Assembly (NCBI RefSeq): GCF_006345805.1
Contig: NC_043007.1
Coordinates: forward strand, 14,260,001 to 14,324,000
Direction: 5' to 3'
Source: Octopus sinensis
Taxonomy: Eukaryota
Length of the DNA: 64,000 nt
Below, piece after piece: positions 49,006 through 59,725 of the stretch (its first letter is position 1; the number at the start of each line of letters is the position of its first letter). Position numbers and translations under genes: made by a program. The notes beneath the pieces are model-generated. The model did not search any database. It saw only the letters and a list, made by a program, of their open reading frames with translations, and was not told the DNA's origin.

Positions 49006-51098
49006 AGAGAGTATTAGTGCGTAGGATTGGTCTGGACGTGCGTATGTATGGGGTTGGTGTATGTATTAGTACGTATTGGTATGGTATAAGTGGTGTGTGT
49101 GTGTATGAGAGAGTATAAGTGCGTATGCGGGGTCTCTGGACGTGTGTATGTATTAGTATGTACTAGTATGTATTAGTACGTATTAGTATGTATTAGTTGG
49201 TGTGTGTATTAGTATGGCACATCATATGTGATGTGATGTGTAAAGTCATGTGGTGTAGGAGGAGAAGAGGGGGAGGGAGAAGAGGGGGGAAGAAGGGGAG
49301 GGGAAGAAGAGGGGGGGGGGAAGAAGAGGGAGGAGAGGGGGGGGGGTAAGATGAGAGGATGGGAGGAGGGGGATGAAGGAGGGAGAAGAGGAAAGAGGGG
49401 AGAGAGAGAAGGGGAGAGAGGGAGTGAGGGAGCAGAGGGAAGGGGAAGAGGGAGGGAGAAAGAGGGAAGGAGGGAAGGGGAAGTAGGGGGTGAAAGGATG
49501 AAGGACTGAAGAAGTAGGGGTCGGGGGGAAATGATAGGTGAGGAGGGGGGAGGGGGGAGGGGGGTTAGATGAGAGGAGGGGGGAGAGTTGAGACCAAATG
49601 GCGTATAAGAGCGAAGAGAGAAGATTAATTCCTGTTCACGGCGCAAACGGGAATCCGGATGGCCTCTGTGTAAGGACAAACCGAACACAGATAGGTGTTG
49701 CAAGGAGTGACCGGTGGAGCGGAAATGGCGTGAGACCGGTGTGTCGTTCGCAAGGTGGATGTCACGAAGGTGTTCCGCGAACCGGTCAGCCAAGCGGCGT
49801 CCCGTTTGTCCGATGTACAATGAATTGCAGAGAGAGCAAGAGATGCAATAGATAATATTGCTGGAGGTGCAGGTGAAGGAGTGGATGATGGGATAGAGTC
49901 GATGGTGGGTGCTAGTGAGGCGGGTGGTGTTGGAGAGGTAAGGGCAAGTGCGGCAACGTGGGCGGGGCAGGGGAACGAGCCGGGTTGGGAGGTAGGGTCA
50001 GGGAAGGAGCTATGGACCAAAAGGTCTCGAAGGTTGTGGGCTCGTTTGAAAGAGGGGAGGGGTCGGTTAGGGAAGAGGTGTGAAGTGGACGGGTCGGACT
50101 GGAGATGACGGAAAGCTCGAAGAATGGTGCGTTGGAGACGTAGGGTCGTGGGGTGGTAAGTGAGGGGAAAAGGGAGGCGGGAGACTACAGGGCGGGTTCG
50201 GGGAGAGAGAGCGAGATACACGGTCCGGACCGTGCTCTGGCAAGGGCGGGGTGGTGTGGATAGTGGTGAGGGGGGGTATCCACGTAGGGTGAAGTGGTGA
50301 GCCATACGTTGAGACTGAGTCTCAAAGTCATGTCGTCACTACAGAGCCTACGTAGACGGAGGAATTGGGAATAGGGGATGGAAAGCTTGGTGTGTTCTGG
50401 GTGGGAGGAAGAGAAGTTGAGGTATGAGTGTTAGTCTGTGTGTTTGTAGTGAATGGAGGTGGTAAGAGTGGAGTGAAGAATGCTAACGAAATGTCGAGGA
50501 AGGAGACAGAGGTGTTGGAGATAGTGGAAGTGAAGTGGAGGGCTGGATGGAAAGATTGGACGAAAGAGAGGAAGGAATCTAGATGTTCGCGGGAGAGTGA
50601 GGTGGCACCGATAATGTCGTCAATGTAACGACCATATAGTTCAGGAGTGGGACCAGTGAAATTAGAGAATATTTGGGCCTCAACATAGCAACGAACAGGT
50701 TCGCATAGTTGGGGCCCATTCGCGTTCCCATGGCCACTCCCGAGACCTGATGGTAGAACTCGCCCGCGAACGAGAAGCAGTTCAGAGTAAGGACAAGTTC
50801 GGCCAGACGAATGAGTGTGGAGGTGTCAGGTACAGGGTTAGAGCGGAGGTCAAGAAAGTGTCGAAGGGCCTGCAGTCCTTCGTGGTGAGGGATAACAGTA
50901 TAGAGGCTTTGGGGTGTCCATAGTAAAAAGGATTTGGAGGAGCCGCGGGAGGAAAGGAGAAAGAGTTGAAAAGCCGGAGGGAGAGCATGGTTGGTATCGT
51001 GGATGTGGGAGGGAAGAGATGCCACTAGGGGGGCAAGGACACGGTCGAGGTATTTAGAGATGAGCTCCGTGGGGCAGTTACAGGCGGAGACGATGGGG
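48601..51098 (-). mobile_element. 5'-truncated Penelope-like element (RT + GIY-YIG endonuclease + 3' region), a few frameshifts
   Basis: [11 protein letters not shown]…SLYTVIPH…GVAMGTRMGPNYANLFV (PLE-type RT) and YIGQTGRRLADRFAEH…RREQELIF (GIY-YIG). Purine-rich and ~100-bp repeats in the 3' part; terminal hammerhead; abuts TA/TG microsatellite on both sides. Confidence 0.9.
48701..48738 (-). ncRNA. Minimal type I hammerhead ribozyme motif, variant core
   Basis: Minus strand UCUUU-CUGUUGA-A-GAGC(GUAG)GCUC-GAAA-CGUU^AAAGA: 5-bp stem I, 4-bp stem II, palindromic ACGU stem III and a GUU triplet. A6 is replaced by U. Confidence 0.65.
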
Positions 51099-51128
51099 CA
51101 TGTGTGTATATACATATGTATATATATA

Positions 51129-51176
<48 letters not shown>

Positions 51177-51681
51177 CACATATATACACACATATATGGT
51201 GGGCTCCTTTCAGTTTCTGTCTACCAAATCCACTCACAAGGCTTTGGTCGGCCCGAGGCTATAGTAGAAGACATTTGACCATGGTGCCATGCAGTGGGAC
51301 TGAACCCGGAACCTTGTGGTTGGTAAGCAAGCTACTTACCACACAGCCACTCATATGCCTGGATATGTGTAAAAGAATGCAATGTATGGAAAACAGGTGA
51401 GAAGTAAAAGGCACAGGTGAGAGAATGCAATGTGAGGCAAACAGAAGAGAGAAAAACCACTGCCATCCTTTTAGCCATCCTAACATCATAATAGAGTGCA
51501 ACTGATGAGATGAGGAAGTGAGGATGGGATGAGTAATAAGAGTACAGGAGCAGGGAAGAAGAGCAAGAGAAATGAAGGTAAGTGCAAAAGGGACACAGGT
51601 GACAAAGGTGGGAACAATAGACAAATGAATAGAAATTTGTAATGTGAGGGGTAAGATGCAGAAAGGTGAGTGATATGGGCC

Positions 51682-51908
51682 TTAACCCTTTAGTATTTAA
51701 ACCGGCCATACCCGGCCAAAATAGCTAATCTGTTTTATGTTCAAACTGACCAGATCCAGGCTCTCGCACCTACCCTACAATGTTATTCTACATTAGGTAA
51801 TTACACCATCAAGATCTTGAAGATATGAGATAATGCATGATTAATTCAAATCAATGGGAATCAATAGGCATTATGTTTGATAGAATAATCTGAACGCTAA
51901 AGGGTTAA
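51682..51908. mobile_element. piggyBac-type MITE family 2 (partial copies ~23690-23790, 24555-24635 with 25396-25460, 53362-53538)
   Basis: TTAA-CCCTTTAG … CTAAAGGG-TTAA termini; internal sequence distinct from family 1. Confidence 0.75.
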
Positions 51909-54739
51909 AGGAGTGAGGGGCTCTCAAGAGACAAATAATAGAAACCACCAGGCATTAGACAGACATGTATGCATACATACATGCTTGTATATATATACAG
52001 GGAACAGATTTTCTTTTAGATATATTAAAAAACCCAACTCACTTCCAGTTTGATCTTTTTTATTTGTTTTTTGTTTCTGTGTTTCCTTATATAACTAGGG
52101 TCATCTTAACAGCATCATAGGTCCCTGAGCATATCAATGCACTGGGCCCTATTTCTTTATGGACAGCAAACCACAACATACATCATCATCATTCAGCATC
52201 CATTTTCCATTCTGGCATGGGCTGGATGGTTTAAAGGAGCTGGCCTGCCGGGAGCTGTCCACACTCCAATTGTCTGTTGTGGCAGAACCCCTAGAATTGT
52301 GAGGCCCCTGAGAATTGTGAGAATTTAAGGCAGTGAGCTGGCAGAAACATTAGCACACTGGGTGAAATGCTGAGCGGTATTTCGTCTGCCAATACGTTCT
52401 GAGTTCAAATTCCGCTGAGGTCAACTTGCCTTCATCCTTTCAGGGTCAATTAAATAAGTACCAGTTACGCACTGGGGTCGATATAATCGACTTAATCCGT
52501 TTGTCTGTCCTTGTTTGTCGTCTCTGTGTTTAGCCCTTTGTGGGTAGTAAAGAAATAGGTATTTTGTCTGCTGCTACGTTCTGAGTTCAAATTCCGCCAA
52601 GGTCGACTTTGCCTTTCATCCTTTCAGATTTGACAAAATAAGTACCAGTTACGCACTGAGGTCGATATAATCGACTTAATCTGTTTGTCCCCTCTGTGTG
52701 TAGCCACTTGTGGGCAGTAAAGAAATAAGAATCGAGAGGCCCCTGAGCAAATCAGTGCTCTGAGCCCAGTTGTATTTATTTACTGACAGCAAACCGCAAC
52801 ATACATAGATCAAATTGGGCCCATAGATCTATGAGGTTACTGAGAACGGCACTGTACAAGTTTATTTGGAACAATAAAATTCCTAGATTCGTTCCAGCTA
52901 ATGGCCAGCCTCATCAGTTTCTGTACTCTTCCTGCTGTATTGAGTGACTTATATAACTCTTTCGCATTCAGATTACTCTGCCAACTGCAATGATTATGCA
53001 TTCACATGAAAAAATCAAATGGGAATTGTAGTTGTGATACCTGTGCTGGTGGCACGTAAAAAGCACCATCCGAATGTGGCTGATGCCAGTGGTGCCTTGA
53101 CTGGCTTCTGTGCTGGTGGCACGCAAAAAGCACCAACCGATCGTGGCCGATGCCAGACTCGCCTGGCACCTGTGCTGGTGGCACGTAAAAAGCACCCACT
53201 ACATTCACAGAGTGGTTGGCGTTAGGAAGGGCATCCAGCTGTAGAAACACTGCCAGATCAGACTGGAACCTGGTGCAGCCTCCCGGCTTCCCAGACCCTG
53301 GTCGAACTGTCCAACCCATGCTAGCATGGAAAACGGACGTTAAACGATGATGATGAAGATGATTGTTTTGAATTAATCATGCATTAATTTCATACTTTTG
53401 AAATTTCAATGGTGTGATAGTTTATTTCTAGAATTACATTGTAGGGTAGGTGTGAGTGGCCAAATCCGGCCAGTTTGAATATAAGACATGTAGAATATTT
53501 GGGCCGAATATGGCCAGTGTAAAGTCTAAAGGGTTAAACAAATTTTACTGCTAGAGGTTTCGTGTCCTCAAGCCTGCACTTTAGTTATTAGGGTTATCAT
53601 GTTTTGACATGTGCTGTCTGTGTGATTATTTTAAGCTTCCTGTTATGAAGAGTATTAATTCCCTAATTAATCATCTATTTTTATGGGGAATTCTATACAG
53701 TAATGGAAGCAAGTCTGTCTGTGAGAATTTAAGGCGGCAAGCTGGCAGAAACGTTAGCAAGCCGGGCAAAATGCGTAGCCTATTTCGTCTGCCGTTACGT
53801 TCTGAGTTCAAATTCCGCCGAGGTCAACTTTGCCTTTCATCCTTTTGAGGTCGATAAATTAAGTACCAGTTACGCACTGGGGTCGATGTAATCGACTTAA
53901 TCTATTTGTCTGTCCTTGTTTGTCCTCTCTGTGTTTAGCCCCTTGTGGGTAGTAAAGAAATATATATTTCGTCTGCCGCTACGCTCCGAGTTCAACTTTG
54001 CCTTTCATTCTTTTGGGGTGGTCTTGAATGTTACCGACATGGTAATACCATGAGCGACTTATGAATTTCCAGACCTTTGTCTGGATTTGAAGTTAACAGT
54101 AGTTGCCCTTACACCCTGGAACTGCAATAAATTTATGAATCTACACAAATATATATATATAAACGCACATATATATATAAAAATGCGGAAGGCTATTTTT
54201 AATATATACTGCTCTACATCTTAGAGTGTGCTTCTTTCGGATTTGTTTTTTTTTTTACAAACGATACATATGTACATATTACACACACACACATATATAA
54301 TACTACTTAAGAACAGAGGTCCCGTTGCGCGCACTCGCGCTAGTTAGTCATGACTAGTCGATCCTTACTTTGTGTTTTTGTGTTTTATTTACTTTGCTAG
54401 GTAGTCGTTGTGGGATCAACTAGTCACGACTAGCTAGCATGGGTGTGCGAGTACGCGCACCGAGACCATTGTTCTTATGTAGTACCCACACACACACACA
54501 CACATATATACATACACACACTTTTATGCATACACACATACATACACGCACATATATATACATACACACACGTGTATGTGTGTGAGTACATATATCTACA
54601 TCCACCAATCCATCGTGTACCATCATTCTTTTACGTCCGCTTTCCGCGTTGGCGTGGGTCGAACGGGTTGTACCTACTCGGGGTAGGCGCGAGCGTGCGC
54701 CTATATACGCAAGAGCATGCATGCATATACATACATATA

Positions 54740-54781
<42 letters not shown>

Positions 54782-57129
54782 TTAATATATAGATCCGCAT
54801 TAATCTATATATATATACAAAAAAGGGGACGAAGAAAAGAAGAATAAGAACAAAAACTCAAGAAAGACAAGGGACAGAGATAATGAGAACCAGAAATGAA
54901 TAAATAAACAGTTCTTTTTAATACTATACTTAGTTTTATCAGGATTGACCGGGGGCTACACAGCAACAATTAACATGGCTTTAATCCCCCAACGACAAGT
55001 GGGAGTCGGTCGCGAGTTAAGCTTGTGGTCAGTGGTGCATGTTGACCAGTAAATGTTGTGACGCCCCAAGTTAAAAATGCTACACTTCACCTTTGAACTT
55101 TACATTCGAGGTTGTTTGACCTGCCGTGAAAAAAAAAAACAAAAAAAAACCAGCGAAATCCCTCAGAAACTACACCCTACCATCTTACAAAAAAAAGATA
55201 CATTATATATATATATATATATATATACTTTATTTTAAGCAGCAGAAAATTCAACAAAATCTGTTACTCTGAGTTTCTCGTTGCCGTTCATCAGACAGTT
55301 TTTGCTAGAATATATATATATATATATATAATATGCACACATACATATACCGTATGAACATGCATACGGATAATAGTAGTCTTGATGTCTGGAAATAAAA
55401 GACGGAAGGGTCGTAGTTGGAACGCTTTCATCACATGTCTAGTCAATCAGGTTTGACCTGGAGCTTAACAACAACCGCCACTCACCTCATCTTCACCGAC
55501 TTCTTTTATTTTTAACGCCACTTTCAATTTATAAGGGTGACCCGACACCAATCTTTTTTAGTCTATCTTGCGCTCCCCTCTTTCATTTCTTCATCTCTCG
55601 TCCTCTCCTTCTCTATCTATCTATCTATCTATCTAATCTACCAATCTGCTGTTATAGTTATCTTCTCTCTTCCTCTCGTACCTTCCTATGTTGTGGTGCT
55701 CCCCTCTCTCATCTCTTCATCTTACTCGTCGTGCTCACCTTCTCCCTTTCGTCTCCTTTGACCCTTATACGGCTTTTTGCACCCCCTCCGCCGTCGTTAA
55801 ATATTGCTATCTATCAGCCCTTTGAACTCTACATCTGTAGTCCTATCCTTCTCCGATTTGTCCCTGTATATTGTCTCTCCTGTCCACGCTTATTCCTCTC
55901 TCTCTCTCTCTCTCTCTAACGACGCTTAGATCTATCGATCTTATTTCGTATCTACATTCAAGGTGTTGCTAGTTATATATTGCACCACTACAGAGAAAGA
56001 TTTTTATTGGTTAAGTCTGGTTTGTAGGTTTCGTTATGTGTATGTGTGTGTGGTAGGTGGGTTTGGCCCGTTAGCCGGGTGTTTGCATTCGACCCGGGTA
56101 CTCGTCACAGACAAGAATATTTGCTTACACTATCCAGCGACAAACATCATTTACAAAAATATCGGCTGAAACAGACAGATAAGAAGATTGCATAGTCAGC
56201 CTCTCTCTCTCCCCACACACACATACACACACCTGCTGATTGATGTCTATAAATTCATTAAATATGAGTGGTCGGTTTAAAGGGGGAAATGTCTATAACA
56301 GAGGAGTTACGGAAGAGAAAGAGAGGAGGACAGCTATAAATGAAGGAATAAATTATCAAATAGAAATAAATATGAGACTGTATGACAGTGAGTGTGTCAG
56401 AGCAAAGAATAGACATTGTATGTGTGGTGTGTGTGTGTGTGTGTGACAGAGAGAGAGACAGACAGACGTAATGAGTGAGTGTTCACCTGTCAATATGGAA
56501 GGGGAGAAGGAAATAGTCCCGGAAGAGACAACACTTCTAGCAACAACAAAATGTCTCGAGCCAACAAATATTGCCTCTATGGTTAGTCTGACCCGCTAGA
56601 AATAGCAGCCAAACCTCCCTTAAATCAAACCTGACAGCATTAAAAAAGGGAAAAAAATGAATGACACATTGGATAATGGTAGTTCTAGATATTCTATGAC
56701 TGAACTACACAGGCTGGTCTCAGCAGGAACGTTTTCCCACCTTTATTCTACTCTATCTGGGCTCAATGACAGCTGCAGCAATAGATATGTCTGAAAGCCT
56801 GGAGAGCAAGAAAAAAGAAATTCAAGATGTTGGCTGAGAAGACAGAGTAACATCCATTTAATTCTATGGTTTCACGGTTGGTTGAATTTAGAACTGTGCA
56901 TGAGGTATTGGAACAAACACAAGCTTCTCTCTGCCTTTTTCTGTTACTCCAACGTCCTGATGGTAGTAACAGAAGTAACAATGCTGTGTCTGCTAAGGCT
57001 GGAATGGCTTAGAGAACACAGCATGGCCAGATGTCAAGGTCCCAGGTTCAACATCAATACAAGGCATCTTAGGCAAGTGGCTTTTTCACCATTTCCTTTT
57101 CACCAGTCGGGAGGAGCTGGCATCAAATA

Positions 57130-57560
57130 TGTTCAGACGGTGCTTTTCACGTGCCACCAGCACAGGAGCCAGTCAGGTGGCACTGGCATCGACCACGTTT
57201 GGATGGTGCATTTTATGTGCCACCAGCATGGGAGCCAGTCAGGTGGCACTGGCATCGACCACATTCAGATGGTGCTTTTTACGTGGCACCGGTACAGGAG
57301 CCAGTCACGAGGCACTGGCTTTGGTCACATTTGGATGGTGCATTTTATGTGCCACCGGCACAGGAGCCAGTCAGGTGGCACTGGCATCGACCACATTCAG
57401 ATGGTGCTTTTTATGTGACACCGGTACAGGAGCCAGTCAAGAGGCACTGGCTTTGGTCATATTTGGATGGTGCATTTTATGTGCCACCGGCACGGGAGCC
57501 AGTCAGGGGGCACTGGCCTTGACCACATTCAGATGATGCTTTTTACGTGCCACCAGCATA
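57130..57560 (-). repeat. RTE-UTR module array (~6.5 units) with alternating 132-bp dimer structure
   Basis: Alternating atttggatggtgcatttt… and attcagatggtgctttt… units, homologous to the 66-bp module. Confidence 0.8.
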
Positions 57561-58301
57561 GTCATGTGAACGAAATTGAAGAGACAGAAATAGTGCAGGA
57601 GCCTCTTCCCTTACACAACCTTTTCCATGGTTTGGATGGTTTGACAGGAGCTGGCAAACCAGAGGACTGTTTCTGTTTTGCTAGGTTTCTTTGTTTGGGT
57701 GGTTCTTATTGGCATGTCGGGCAGTTCCTGTGTAAGGATCGGTGGATTCTATCGGGCTCAGTTGGCAATGCTTGGTATGCTATGACCCATGTCAGTGGTG
57801 AATGGAGACCTGGTGTGTTGTAGAGACTTGTTGCTTTTTGCGACGGGTGGATACACCACTGGGGATGTCTGGTATGCTATGACCTGCTCGTCTCAATTGA
57901 GGCCCGGTGCGTTATGGCCTGCTGTTCACAGCAAGTGGATGCACCACCGGGTTTTGGCATGGATTTTATGGCTAGATACCCTTCCTAATGCCAACCACCT
58001 CAAAGAGTGTATTGGGTGCTTTTTACATGGTGCCAGCACAGGTGTTTTTACATGGCACTGGTACAGATGCTCTTTAAGGAATGCTCAACCAATTACACAT
58101 TAAATCAATCAATCAATCATCAGAGTTGATCAAACAACTGAATCCTTATCACTGAAACCAAAGAAGACCCTTTTTACTAAGGCACCTATCCAGTAAAAGT
58201 GTCACATTTTACACACCAATGCCATCTTCAGTTTACTGTCTATCCAGACATTCTGATTTCAAATTGAGTAAGAATAGACTCAAAATGTTTATAATTCTTC
58301 C

Positions 58302-58334
<33 letters not shown>

Positions 58335-58415
58335 TACTCACATATATGCATATAAATATAAATATGCACATATATATGTATTACACACACACACATATAT
58401 ATATATGTATGTATG

Positions 58416-58446
<31 letters not shown>

Positions 58447-58675
58447 ATAGAAATATTAAAATAACTAAGTCTCTCTAAAAGAAGAACAGCGGCAGCGTTC
58501 CCGGAAATAATAGTTATCGCCATGCTAATATGGCATTCTTATAAAAATAAGAAAAAAGCTGTCCGCTTATTAGCTCCATGAGGCCATCGCCTTAAGTTAG
58601 CTATTTGATACACAAACTGTATCCATATAACCTTCGAACAAGGGAGGTCAGTCGCTCCACACTACTTGACCGGCA

Positions 58676-58717
58676 GCTACAGACGCGTTTCGGGGTATTG
58701 CCCCTTTTCAATGCAGC
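58676..58717 (-). ncRNA. Minimal type I hammerhead ribozyme (U3-A8 core), copy 1
   Basis: Minus strand GCUGCA-UUGAAAA-GGGG(CAAUA)CCCC-GAAA-CGCGUC^UGUAGC: 6-bp stem I with one G.U, 4-bp stem II, palindromic ACGCGU stem III and a GUC cleavage triplet. Confidence 0.78.
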
Positions 58718-59037
58718 GTAGCCAGCCAGTAGGTGTCGCTTCCGACAATCTCTGTTCGATGGTTTTATTTACCTAGTTTCGGTGGAATACATCCACTTGT
58801 TTTCAATAATAGAAATATTAAAATAACTAAGTCTCTCTAAAAGAGAACAGCGGCAGCGTTCCCGGAAAATAAAAGTTATCGCCATGCTAATATGGCATTC
58901 TTATAAAAATAAGAAAAAAGCTGTCCGCTTATTAGCTCCATGAGGCCATCACCTTAAGTTAGCTATTTGATACACAAACTGTATCCATATAACCTTCGAA
59001 CAAGGGAGGTCAGTCGCTCCACACTACTTGACCGGCA

Positions 59038-59079
59038 GCTACAGACGCGTTTCGGGGTATTGCCCCTTTTCAATGCAGC
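59038..59079 (-). ncRNA. Minimal type I hammerhead ribozyme (U3-A8 core), copy 2
   Basis: Identical to copy 1, 362 nt away. Confidence 0.78.
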
Positions 59080-59214
59080 GTAGCCAGCCAGTAGGTGTCG
59101 CTTCCGACAATCTCTGTTCGATGGTTTTATTTACCTAGTTTCGGTGGAATACATCCACTTGTTTTCAATAATAGAAATATTAAAATAACTAAGTCTCTCT
59201 AAAGAGTATATACA

Positions 59215-59725
59215 GAATCGAAATCAAACTCAATTGCGAAGATCTGTTGAGGCAAGTGAAATCGAAATCAAACTCCGTGACTGGCATCCGTTGCTAGTGG
59301 AGCGCTAAGAGTACCATACAAGTGAGATCGTTGCCAGAGCAACAAGCTGGCCTCCGAGTCGATGGCACGTTAAAAACACCATTCGAGCGTGATCGTTACT
59401 TGCATCGCCTTACTAGCACTTGTGCTGGTGGCAGGTGAAAAAACATTCAAGCGAGGTCGTTGCCAGTGCCGCTAGACTGGCTCCTGTGCAGGTGGCATGT
59501 AAAAAGCACCATTTGAGCGTGGTTGTTGTCAGTACCACCTAACTGGCCCTCATCCCAGTTGCACGTAAAAGCACCCACTACACTCTTGGAGTGGTTGGCG
59601 TTAGGAAGGGCATCCAGCTATAGAAACTCTGCCAGATCAGATTGGAGTCTGGTTTGCCAGACCTCAGTCGAATCGTCCAACCCATGCTAGCATGGAAAGT
59701 GGACGTTAAATGATGATGATGATGA
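59215..59725 (+). mobile_element. RTE 3'-UTR fragment with ~5 diverged 66-bp modules
   Basis: Begins with gaagatctgttgaggcaagtg (shared with the UTR of the 9444-10786 RTE) and ends ggacgttaaatgatgatg. Confidence 0.85.

Larger units (their letters stand above)
58445..59206 (-). mobile_element. ORF-less head-to-tail 362-bp repeat (2 full units + ~36 nt) carrying hammerheads; retrozyme-like or non-autonomous Penelope-derived element
   Basis: Units start at 58445, 58807 and 59169 and are ~99% identical. Inserted at a (TA)n tract; no ORF. Confidence 0.75.

Noticed and set aside
49209-49590. Pro/Ser/Leu-rich extension of the GIY-YIG ORF
   Set aside because: Read-through into a polypyrimidine low-complexity 3' tract of the PLE; not a domain.
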